Shown here piece by piece: positions 26,739 through 37,939 of a stretch of 64,000 nt of DNA (positions within the stretch are counted from its first letter, which is position 1; each line of letters opens with the position of its first letter). A program made the translations under genes and the position numbers. Origin of the DNA: Proteromonas lacertae (taxonomy: Eukaryota). The notes under the pieces were generated by a model. The model was not told where the DNA came from. It saw only the letters and a program-made list of their open reading frames with translations, and searched no databases. The stretch is from the NCBI GenBank assembly GCA_002245135.1, contig NGBS01000311.1, positions 62,001 to 126,000 of the forward strand. Direction: 5' to 3'.

Positions 26739-27587
26739 TTATACAAAGTATTTTTCTATTTCTTCTCTTGTAGTTGATTTATACTTTTGGTTATAATCAT
26801 AGTGAATAGAGAAGTTATAAGCTCTATTATTAGAACACAAATCAGTTTTACCATTTAGAAATGATATTAATGTTAAAGAACTTTGATCTTGTCTGTGATT
26901 TGATCTATCTGATCCAGGAGGAGCAATACAATCATGTTGTAAAGCACATTTCTCCCATTCATACAATATTTTTTCTGCTAAACGAGAAGGATACATAAAA
27001 GCCACAGTTCCACCAGCACAACATGTTTTATTCAACCATTTATCAGGAAAATTGAAATGTTTTAACATTAAAGGATGTGTATATTTCTTAATATCGTGAC
27101 TAGTTCTTTGAGACCATACTTTGTTTTTCTTGATATTTTCTATCATATAGTTTATACTTCCAGTTATATTACATCCAGCATCAAGCCAAACAACAGGATG
27201 TTTGTATTTTTTATACACTTCATATATTATTACTGGTTTCCATGCATATTCACCTGCAGCAACTGATATATTGAAATATGATGGATAGTTATTGAAAGGA
27301 AAATTTTGTAATAGAAATAATGGATGATTGAGTTTATATCTGTTAAGTAAATAAAGTGTATTTTGTGATAATCCTAGATTATATACAATCATCAGAAATC
27401 TGTTGTTATGTACATAAAATGTGTGAATCATGTTTAATAATAACAATTCGTGGTTTTCTGATCCTCCAGTTACAATTACATAATCATAATCCAATATTTC
27501 ATTATTCTTTACAAACATATTATACATATATATAATAAATATTATAAAAATACAGCTAATGAAAAACTTGGTTTTAAATCTAAACAT
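26739..27587 (-). CDS. DUF1647-like putative glycosyltransferase
   Basis: TM; VTGGSENH, VYNLGLS, YAWKPVII, WLDAG, HRQDQS. Confidence 0.75.
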   Translation of the reverse strand: MFRFKTKFFISCIFIIFIIYMYNMFVKNNEILDYDYVIVTGGSENHELLLLNMIHTFYVHNNRFLMIVYNLGLSQNTLYLLNRYKLNHPLFLLQNFPFNNYPSYFNISVAAGEYAWKPVIIYEVYKKYKHPVVWLDAGCNITGSINYMIENIKKNKVWSQRTSHDIKKYTHPLMLKHFNFPDKWLNKTCCAGGTVAFMYPSRLAEKILYEWEKCALQHDCIAPPGSDRSNHRQDQSSLTLISFLNGKTDLCSNNRAYNFSIHYDYNQKYKSTTREEIEKYFV

Positions 27588-28498
27588 TAAAATAAATAAT
27601 TTACATATTTAGAAACAACTGAAATGTAGTTTAGTCCATATTCATTGGTTTTGAATAAAAATTGTATTAGTGGAACAATATTCTCTACCCAATAATGAAT
27701 AGTATCATTAGGTAGATGTGGAAGATGTATATCTATTATTTCATTCCAATTAGCAGACATATTCTTTTTCCATTCTTCATTATTATCTCCTCTGTCAAAT
27801 CTTGTATTATCATATGATCTTTTATGGAAGTTTATTTTATTTGGATAGAATTTTGATTTTCTTATTTTGTCTCTCATATATATTTCATCAATACAATATC
27901 CATATCTTATATAATCTGAATCTATTATCTCTTTTACTAATTCATACTCGTTTGCTTTGTTTAGTATATCAATTTTTAGTATATCCTCATACATTTGTTT
28001 TGTTCCGCTGAAATAACACATAGGCCATCTTCTACTTACATATCCATTCAATCCAAAGGATTTTATGGTGAAATTGGTATAAGAATAATCCTGAAAAAAT
28101 GTGTAGTTATAGGGAAGCATATCAACATCAGAAATGTACAATATACTATTCTCTTTTTTGATTTGCAACGAACTAAAAATTCTGCACAGTTTGGAGAAAT
28201 ATTCTAAAGAATAGTTTTGTGGAATAACAATTTCTTTATATATAGCTTCTTGTTCAGTTAATTTGTTGACTAACTCATTTGGCAATTTTTGATGTGATAT
28301 AATGTATATAATCGATGTATATCCAAATATTCTCCACATTTTCACAAAAAGCGGAATGTAAAAGAGATATGGGCCAGATGCTGAAATTCCAACATATTTT
28401 TCAAAATTATTACTGTTATATATATTTATATAATTGCATAAGAATAAAAAGATGATGAATAATAAAACTATGATAAAGTAGTTGTATAGTCTTTTCAT
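27587..28498 (-). CDS. Putative type II membrane glycosyltransferase (DxD)
   Basis: TM; ISDVDMLP, RWPMCY, IDE, RFDR, DIH; family not assignable by eye. Confidence 0.6.
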   Translation of the reverse strand: MKRLYNYFIIVLLFIIFLFLCNYINIYNSNNFEKYVGISASGPYLFYIPLFVKMWRIFGYTSIIYIISHQKLPNELVNKLTEQEAIYKEIVIPQNYSLEYFSKLCRIFSSLQIKKENSILYISDVDMLPYNYTFFQDYSYTNFTIKSFGLNGYVSRRWPMCYFSGTKQMYEDILKIDILNKANEYELVKEIIDSDYIRYGYCIDEIYMRDKIRKSKFYPNKINFHKRSYDNTRFDRGDNNEEWKKNMSANWNEIIDIHLPHLPNDTIHYWVENIVPLIQFLFKTNEYGLNYISVVSKYVNYLF

Positions 28499-29545
28499 AT
28501 GTATGTTGTTTTTATATTCCTTTTGTTATTTCTAGCTTTTATAATGAATTATTACTATTTATTTTCAAATAATAATGAATATAATAATATTAGGAAGAAA
28601 GTATATGAAATTTTAACATTAGACATTTATGATAGATTATTTAAAAATGTCAGTTTAACATACTTGGGAAATAGAGTAAATTACAAGAATAATATACTAA
28701 AATACGCATTTGTGAGTTTTATAACTGGTGAAGATTATATTAAATTGATAAATGGAACTATATACTCAGTACACCAATTTTCTAATTATCCTATAGTTTT
28801 ATATGTTGCTGGTGTAATAACAAAGACTATGAATGAAGTCTTTTCACATTATAATAGATTATTAGTTTATTCTATTCCACCTGAAACAACAACTCCTTAT
28901 TTTATAAAATTAAGAGCTTCATTATTAGCTCCAGTTTTGGTAGGTCAAATAGTTGAAGCAGATACAATAGTATTACCTGGCGCAGATTGTTTATTTAAAA
29001 GAATAGAAGAAGAAATTAATGAAAAATATCCTTTTCCAATGATGCCTAGACATCCTGATATAAGAGGCGTTGAAAAGGGAAATGGAACAACAAACATACT
29101 TGATTATCCAATGAATAATAGATCAATGAGATATATGCATGCTCATATGTCTTGGACTTATCATGCTTTACCATTTATAGCATATGTGTATAACAAATCT
29201 TTCATATATGACTATGGAAATGATGAATATGCTTTAAATATCAATTTGTGGGAAAGAAAAGCAAATAAACAATGGTGTATTTATGATCCATACTACAGCG
29301 TAGTAGATATATCACATTCTAGTGATGTCTTCTATAAAACAGATGATATGCTGACGATATATAATTACATTCATGGATGTAAATCTTACATATATCAACA
29401 GAGATTGATAAATAAACTAACACTACTTAAACAAAATGAATATAAAATAATTTACGCTACAAACAAATCTATTCATTTTTCACAATCCTGTAAATTAGAT
29501 AATTTAATTTTAAAAGAAATTTATAAGGAAAATTGTTTAATCTAA
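28499..29545 (+). CDS. Putative type II membrane GT-A-like transferase
   Basis: TM; YSVHQFSNYPIVLY, FIKLRA, IVEADTI, DEYALNINLW, IHGCK. Confidence 0.6.
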   Translation: MYVVFIFLLLFLAFIMNYYYLFSNNNEYNNIRKKVYEILTLDIYDRLFKNVSLTYLGNRVNYKNNILKYAFVSFITGEDYIKLINGTIYSVHQFSNYPIVLYVAGVITKTMNEVFSHYNRLLVYSIPPETTTPYFIKLRASLLAPVLVGQIVEADTIVLPGADCLFKRIEEEINEKYPFPMMPRHPDIRGVEKGNGTTNILDYPMNNRSMRYMHAHMSWTYHALPFIAYVYNKSFIYDYGNDEYALNINLWERKANKQWCIYDPYYSVVDISHSSDVFYKTDDMLTIYNYIHGCKSYIYQQRLINKLTLLKQNEYKIIYATNKSIHFSQSCKLDNLILKEIYKENCLI

Positions 29546-29550
29546 GTTCA

Positions 29551-30516
29551 TTATCTATATTTTATATATTTGCAATGTAAAAAATATATCTCATGAGGTT
29601 TTAATCTGTGAATCATAAAGATGTTATCAACAGAATCAATCACAATACTACCTTCTCCAATTATCTTATTATATTTTCTAACATCACACATACTTACGTT
29701 TGATATTTTTGATAATCTTCCTATAAATACATCTTCTGGTTTACCGTAACAGTTACTATTTATTTCAGAAGTACTTCCCTTCAATAAAGCATTTATAAGA
29801 TTAAATGGTATTACATACCCCATTCCACTAGGAAAATAACCTATAATATATCCCCATATATGATTTTCTGCACTTTCTGATGATTTTGAATGTAATTCTT
29901 TGAGTACATTAATGTTAATGAAAGTATCTGTATCATGTTTAATTAACCATTTGAAGTGAGTGTGAAGCTTTGAACTCCATAATAGAATATTATAGGTTTG
30001 TAGTTCTAATGCATAATAAGATGATAAGAAATTGAATTGAATAACATCTTTAGAATGTTTTATCTCTTTTGTAATTTTTCTATTAATAATTGATTCATTA
30101 CTCTTCCCTGTGATAAATATATATGACAAGAATATATATCCTCTATATATTTTTCTAAATACTTCTCTTTCATAGAACATATCTGGTTCTGAAATTACAG
30201 TAATTAGATATTCACAGTCTTTTATTGTAGGATAATCTAGGTCATTATGGCTAAATTCATTTAATAATAACACATATGGATTTGATTTTCTATTCTTTAA
30301 GTACAATTCATCAAATTTTCTACTACAAGTTACTTTTTTTGTCCTATTAAAACATTGTTCAATTTTTTCAATATCTTTAGATAAAATATTATCAAAATTT
30401 GCAATACTTGAATTGCATGTAAGAATGAGTGTAATTATTATAAAACCACCAAAAGCTATAATAAGCTTTGAATAAAATATTATTAGTCTTATAAATTTTG
30501 ATATAATATAATACAT
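29551..30516 (-). CDS. GT31-like galactosyltransferase (paralog of 22902)
   Basis: TM; WLIKHDTDTFIN, FPSGMGY, PEDVFIG, MIHRL. Confidence 0.8.
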   Translation of the reverse strand: MYYIISKFIRLIIFYSKLIIAFGGFIIITLILTCNSSIANFDNILSKDIEKIEQCFNRTKKVTCSRKFDELYLKNRKSNPYVLLLNEFSHNDLDYPTIKDCEYLITVISEPDMFYEREVFRKIYRGYIFLSYIFITGKSNESIINRKITKEIKHSKDVIQFNFLSSYYALELQTYNILLWSSKLHTHFKWLIKHDTDTFININVLKELHSKSSESAENHIWGYIIGYFPSGMGYVIPFNLINALLKGSTSEINSNCYGKPEDVFIGRLSKISNVSMCDVRKYNKIIGEGSIVIDSVDNIFMIHRLKPHEIYFLHCKYIKYR

Positions 30517-30901
30517 AAATAAATCATTTTTTAATCACAACATTTTATAAATATCCTTTAAATATTCTGTATTTGAAATTTATTGCTATTCTTTCTATAA
30601 TTCTATATGATTTTAATGTTAAATTATTTCAAGGAGGTTATTTAGGAGTAGACATACTACTTGTACTAACATGTTTTAACTTGCTATATGCTACTGCTGT
30701 ATTTACCTGATACAACAAATATATTGTTGAAGCGAAAGAAGAAAGAAACGGAGTAATGCTAAGTATCATTTTCACTTTAATTCATATATTTTTATTCTCT
30801 CATATAATATACACATTATTCATAACTGCAATTATCCGTAGCAATTGTCTAAATAATATTAAAAAAGAAATATGCTTTAAGCCATTGTAATGAATATTTT
30901 T

Positions 30902-31617
30902 TACTTCTATAACAAAGTGAAAGAGATGTTATTTTGAAAAATATAATACATTATCCCTCAACCAATCTATTTTTGTTGTATTTTTTATCATGTAAGTAGT
31001 TTCATTTATATATCTCAATCCTTTACTCTCAAATAATCTAATTACATCATTTCTATCTTTATTATTTACATGAATATGTCCTCCTTGACCAATTCTACTC
31101 CATGTTATTAGTATTCCTTCTCTACTACACTTTACAAGATTATTCACATATACTTCTTCATATGTTTGTGGTATATGTTCAGCTACTTCAAGTGACATTA
31201 CTATATCATAATTACAATCAAACTCTATTGGCTGAGCTAAATTTAAATATTTTACTCTGCCATTAGTAGCTTCTTCTATATTAACTGATCCATCATATTG
31301 ATCGCAGACTTTGGATTTTTTAGATATAATTGGGCAATACCATCCTAAACCAGATCCCAAATCAACAACCGTTTTGTTTTGAAATATCTCTGCTAAGATA
31401 TTTGCTAAACTAACATCATGCTCATGATTACCTCCCACATACATATATTCTATCTTTATTTAAACAAAATCCACCCCAATATCCAATTCCTTTTCACTTA
31501 CAAGACAAATTATTCATAAATTTCGCATAATCTCCTTGGCTATATATTTCACTTTCATTTTTATTTTGTGTATTACAACTTGATAATAGTGATGATATTT
31601 CTTTCTTCATCTCTTTA
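30902..31617 (-). pseudogene. 5'-truncated copy of the SAM methyltransferase (inverted repeat arm 2)
   Basis: Lacks the TM; TGT>TGA near 31495 and a 4-nt ATGT duplication near 31441; residual 171-aa ORF. Confidence 0.85.
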
Positions 31618-31639
31618 GCATATTATTATATGAATAATT

Positions 31640-31905
31640 GGTGTAACTTTTAAATATCCAAATGAATTACTTTTAACAGATACTCATGGAGATCAATTAT
31701 ATCCAAGAATTTTGAAAATATGAAGAAACTGTTTAATATAATACCTAAAGTTGATTATATAATTACTTCTCACTACCTTACTCAGAGAAGTAATAATACT
31801 GCTTTTAAAATTAACTATTACACTTATCTGGAAATGTTATTAAGATATTGAGGTTATAAAATATATGTAATACATGATACACCTCATTTCAATGTTGATC
31901 CAAAT
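31640..31905 (+). pseudogene. SGNH-domain (O-acyltransferase C-terminal-like) fragment
   Basis: LLLTDTHGDQLYP resembles the GDSHA block; KIYVIHDTPHFNVDP; interrupted by stops. Confidence 0.4.
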
Positions 31906-32172
31906 TTATAATATGTATCATTTTTATGTAGCACTACTTCTTAAGCATATTCATTTTGAAAAGCAAAGAATAAAAGATAATCTCAATTGTAGTAAGTCTT
32001 TAAAATGTGGTTATTCATCTTGTATAAAGATTAGTAAAAGCTGAAGGTAGTAGTATATCTCCAGTAATGGTGTTTCTTCATTTTACTACAATATTAAATG
32101 ACTGTAAATAGCTTTAATTCTGGTTCGATACATTTTAATAGCTTCATTTTGAAAGAATCTTAAAATGTTTGT

Positions 32173-32276
32173 TTCTTGTTTGACATTTCAAAATGAAATT
32201 TTCAAAAATTGAAGATGTTACTGAGTGTTTAAAAAGTGCTTATGGTATTGATTTGAATGTATGAGTTATATGTGAT
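32173..32276 (+). repeat. 104-bp direct repeat, right copy
   Basis: Matches 19045-19148. Confidence 0.95.
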
Positions 32277-35200
32277 ATAAATAATAGGATTTCGAGGTGA
32301 TAATAAAAAGCAGAGATGAAATTCGTGTAATGAAAGATGATCATACTAAAATACTAAAAATCTTTAATATTAGAGGTATAGAAGAAGATATTTTAAAGTT
32401 TATAAGGGAAAACTACTATTTCTTGGATATAATTTCTCTTCCTTACATTATTCCATCACAATTACAAATGATTGATCGTAGTGTGGCGATTATTGAGAGA
32501 AGTTATTATGTTATTGACTTAGAAGAGATGATTCATAATAAATCTATTTCATATGTTGATATATGTAGTATGATGTGTTCATTGTGTGATATTCTAATGA
32601 TACTAAGTGAAAATGACTTAGTGATAAGCAATTTGAAGAGTAGTAATTTGATATATGAAAGAGATGGTGAAGTTAATTTATGTGATTTATGTTTGAATAA
32701 ATTGAGAAGAGAAGAAGATATGAGAGTATTTGATATGTGCTTCAAAAGCCCAGAAGAATTGAATGGATTAGAATGTAATGAGAGAAGTATGATTTGGTCA
32801 ATTGGATGTGTATTATATGAAATGATAAACAAAAGATTACCATTTTCTGAAGATTATGAAATATATAAAACAATCGATAATATTGTGAGATGTAAATACA
32901 GTTGTGGGATGAAATGTGATGATTCAATGAAAGAAATAATACAAAGAATGTTGAAAGTGAAGAGAGAAGAGAGATTGAGTATAAAAGAGTTGAATAAAGA
33001 GATGACAAAAATAAGTAAAATATTCAGAGATGGAAATGATAATTTAATGATATGTAATGATAGAAAAGAAAAATTATTCAATGCTGATTATTCAATTGTT
33101 TCATTTCCAATAATTTTTCCACAAAAATATTATCTTAAAAATGATAAATGGAAAGAAATTCGAGATGATTTAATAGAATCATACAACAATAATCCAAATG
33201 AAAGAATACTGTCAATATTATTGATTATTAAACTATACAAATCAGATATATCAATAAAAAATAATATAAAATTTCAAATTCTTCATAAATGTGATGAAGG
33301 AAAAGAATGTTATTTAGATAGAATGATATATAATCTTAAAACTGATAAAGAAATCATCAGAATTGGTGCAAAATATATTTGTTTTTGTAAAGAAGGTATT
33401 AGTTATTTATTTAGGTTATTAAATTTGATCAATCCAGCGAAACTATCATTTTGTATTATTCTAATCATATTTATTTTTATAGATTATGATGATGTTATTA
33501 TTCCATACAAAATTCAATCATTATTCGGATTATATTTTAGTCGATTATCAAATCTAGAAGAATTATATATATCACAATGTAATCTTACTTCTCAATTCAT
33601 TGAGTCATTTATTAAGTCAATTCAACTGTCCAAATTGAAACATGTGAGATTAGAATGTATTTTATTTTATATAACTATGAAATAGATAATCCAATTGGTC
33701 CAAAAGGCTTCAAATTATTACTTCCATATTTGCATTTATTATACAACGAAAATCATGAATTGAATCTAATAGGGATGAATTTAAATGATGAATCAATTAT
33801 ATTATTATCAGAAGAAATATACAGATATGCAAATATTGAGAAAATAAATATAACAGAAAACAATATTCATTCAAGAGAATTAAAAGCTTTATTCTCCAAA
33901 TTTCCTATTACAAAAATCAAGTTTGATTTTAATGGAAGTATAAAGCTACTGATAGATAAAGACATTCCAGAATTATTAAAATACATAATAAAGAGTAATA
34001 AATTTTTTCTGAGTAATTATGAAATTGATGATAATTTTTTCAAATCATTCATTTCATGGAGATTAAATGAATTAAGAGAAATAGAAGATTTAGATCTGAG
34101 TAGTATATGTTGATATTTTTATATTATTTAGATAATAAACTAACACATGAAAGTGTCAAAATACTGATTAACAATTTATCTTCATTACTAAAATTACAGC
34201 ATCTTCAATTGTATGGAAATGAAATAGGAGATGAAGGAATGATATTATTATCTCAGGAAGTATATTTATTGAAAAAAAGGTATGGTAATGAAATAAATTG
34301 TTCAAGTATTATTATTATATCTTTTTTTTTATATAGAAATGGGATTATCATCAGTTGGAATGAAATATTTAGTTGATGGTTTAAAGAAAATTGATGATAG
34401 GATAGTACTTGATATAAGTGATAATAGTATAGATTCAGATGGAATAGAATATTTGATGAATAATGTGAAAGAAAATGATATTGTTAAAAAGATATTTATT
34501 CATGGTATATTTATATATAATTTAATAAATGTTTAATAGATAATCCAATTGGAAATAGTGGATTTAAATTGTTAGAAAAAAATCTGAATATGATTATATA
34601 TGGTTTAATGAATTTAAGTAATATCTCAATAGATGATGAAAGTGTAATGTTATTAACAAATAATATAAAATCATTTAGAGAATGTGAAACAGTTAATCTA
34701 AAAGGAAATAATATCAAAATGAAGGGATTAAAATCAATTTGTTCAAAATCGTTAAAAAAAGAAGAACATCCATTTATAGAAATGAATAATTCATCATGGA
34801 CAAATGAAGAATTGGAATATTATTTGGATTATTGTATTAAAAAGAAACGAAATAAGTTTTATAAAGAATATAATTTTTCAAGTATATTATCTATATTTTT
34901 AATAAAATAGATATGAATTTGAATGATTCTCACATCTCATTGATTAAACAGATCGGTTATGAAAAGCTTGAAATATGTAATAATAGAATAACTTCAAAAG
35001 GGTTGAAAGAAATATCAGATTGCTTTTCAGAAGAAGTGAAATATCTCACCTTATTTAATAATGATATTGGAGATAAAGGAATAGAGATAATCTGTAAATA
35101 TTTGGATATATTTGTAGAAAAGAATAGTAGATATAATCCTTCATCATTAAATATCTCAGGTATTATATGACTATAATTTAATAAAATATTTTGAATAGAT

Positions 35201-35500
35201 GTAGGAATGAGTGAAAAAGGATTGATAATGTTAATAGAAAGAATAAAAGAATATTATACATTAGAAAAGATAGATATATCAGGAAATGAATTAAATGAGA
35301 ATGAATTGAGATTAATGAAGCACAACAATGAAGTCATTGATTGTTTGTATGAATTATCAATAACAGTGAAAGAAAACATAGATAAATCAGAATTAAAATC
35401 ATTTCTAGAAACATTTTCAACAATTGGAAGAATAAAAATAAATGGAATATCAGAAGAAGAAAAGAGTGAATTATCAAATAAATTATGGAATATACAGTAA
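32193..35500 (+). CDS. Pseudokinase fused to RNI-like leucine-rich repeats (multi-exon)
   Basis: NLKSSNL, SPE, IWSIGCVLYEM, R motifs; HRD and DFG replaced; LxLxxNxIGDxG repeats; intron 32259-32287 and several more. Confidence 0.8.
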
Positions 35501-36471
35501 TGTTTTATTCACTATGAAATATATTGAGATTTTTGTTTGAAAATTAAAAATATAATTTAAAAAATAGAGATATATTTATTTGTGTAGTAATATTTCTTAA
35601 TAACTCCTTCTAATTAAGGAAATAAGATTATGTTAGATTTAAAATGGAATGGATTTATGATATAGAAAGAAGTTGATTAACAATGTCAAAAATGTAATAA
35701 GAAAATGTAAAGTATATTCAAATAAGATAGCATGGATAAATACAGAATTAACAATGTTATATATCAAATAAGTAATTAATCCTTATACTCAAGGAAAATG
35801 GTGAATTTTAATTTCGGATCATTTCTATTGCCATCATCAACATTCTATTATTGAATTATGGTTAAAAATTATATAACATAGATAATGAATTTACTAAAGA
35901 GCTGAATATAAAATACTGGAAAAAAGTATTTGACTTATCAAAGATAAAGATAGTGAATGCATGGATCTAGTTAAAGTAATGATAAGCATTTATGAGAAAG
36001 AAAAAATTCAGTTCTTGAAAAGATTAATGAAAATAGTAATACTAAAACTCAATATATAAAAGATTAATTGTAATGTTATTTTTTAGTTATCTTTTTTAGT
36101 TTTTTTTGTAATAAATAAAAAAAAAAATAAACATTTTCTGGCTTGTTTTAATCAAGCTTTTTCATTTTAATATCATTAACAGCGAGAATAAGAGATAAGT
36201 TTTGATTTACAAACTTTGAAAAGAAGTAGCAGAAATAGAAAATAAAATATAATAATACAATGAAAGAAATGTCGTAGATCAGTACTGGCAAAGCAACTCA
36301 ACTCAAATATATCACAATTATTGTGAAAAGAATAAATCGCACTAACAAAAATAATAGAAAATAACTATTTGAATATCGTTTTGAAGAAAGTGGATCATTT
36401 AAAACACTATTAAGTGAATTTAATCATTCAAATAATGTAGTAATACCTTCTGCCAAAAAAATAAATGATAT

Positions 36472-36582
36472 AATCAAGCTCAAACTTTTTATTCTTAATT
36501 TTTCTTATTCTTTCTATATTTGACAGCCTTAGCCACTTATGCACTTTCATATATTAACAGATCATGGGAATTATATATAAGA
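36472..36582 (-). repeat. 111-bp dispersed repeat, copy A
   Basis: Reverse complement of 40028-40138 with 7 mismatches. Confidence 0.9.
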
Positions 36583-36676
36583 TTGTACAAATTTTGAGTA
36601 TCGACTTCAAATTGTGTATTACTATTAAAAATATTAAAAAACAAATTAAACATACAAATAAGAGTAAATAAATAAA

Positions 36677-37814
36677 TTAAACTAAAAATACTTCACCTCT
36701 TTCTTTATGAACTCTTCTACTTATTGAATTCTTATTATTTACATTAGCTATATTATAAAAAATCAATCCACACAATGATATTATTATTCCCAAATAATTC
36801 GTTAAACTCAAATTCCTTCCGAAATAATATACAGAATATAAAACTATAAACACTCTTTTAAAAGAAGACAAAACTGAAAATGAAAGTGCACTGATTTTAT
36901 TCATAACTGAATAAGCACTTATCGATGCAAAATATACACAAATACATGTGAAAAATACTCTCAACCAATGAATATTTGAAAATGTTGGATTGAAATACTC
37001 TGAAAATAATGAAATAGGAGTTAATATCAATCCTGATAATAAACAGTTATAAAAATGAGTCTATAAAACAAATAATAATAATAATAATATACATTGTATT
37101 TATCAAAACCAGATATCAATAGTTTCTTTGTATATATATTCTGTGATACAGCCATAATACAAGAAAGTAAGGAAAAAATAAATCCAAAAAATTGAAACTC
37201 CACTTCACTCACACTTGACATTACAACACCTACAACAATAGGAATTAGTGACATATAAACATAAAACGAGAATGACTGTTGTAATATCAGTGTGGATAGA
37301 ATAACGTTAAACAGTGGCATTGATGCTTTGATAGTATGAACAAGCGATACTGGAACCATACCATAACTGAATAGTGTTAATAGACGATTTAGACTGAAAA
37401 ACATTGCTATTGGTGAAATCCGTTTGAAGAGTTCAAATATTGATACGTGTTTCCAATGAGCAAAAGTGATTTTGTTATGACTTAACAATATCGCTAATTA
37501 AATATTAGATAATTATATACCATCACATATTGCACAGAAGAACATTTGAATTGCTGACAAAGTAGCTGCATTAATGGCTTTATCATTAACTTTGCTAGTT
37601 AACAGCATTTTATTTTGATTAGCTGAAAATATGGAGTTATAGTACCAAAATAGAATTGATAGAATGATCTATATATTAGAAATAAGAATACTGAAAGACA
37701 ATTACCATATTCGCAGTAAAAATGTGTAAAGATACTAGAGTTCTTTTCTTTCAGATCATCATTATCCTGTGTGACAGGCAGCTGCTTGCTGGCTACTCTC
37801 AAATAACTGCTCAT
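36677..37814 (-). CDS. Triose-phosphate/nucleotide-sugar transporter family (SLC35E-like)
   Basis: VPVSLVHTIKASMPLF, SLIPIVVGV, ISALSFSVLSSFKRVF; multiple TMs; short introns. Confidence 0.85.
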
Positions 37815-37939
37815 CACCAAAATGATGAAAAATATCCGTTTCTTGTTTTTTAAAAATGATCAAATCTGAATAACTATTAACAATACACACCTTAAACAAT
37901 ATAATTTTTATTTATAGGAAAAAGAAATGTATTTATTTA

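Noticed and set aside
19149..32172. Autonomous transposon, Polinton or endogenous virus
   Set aside because: No transposase, integrase, polymerase or capsid ORF is recognisable.
35750..36070. Possible further gene remnant downstream of the kinase-LRR
   Set aside because: Coding-like composition but no recognisable motif or sustained frame.
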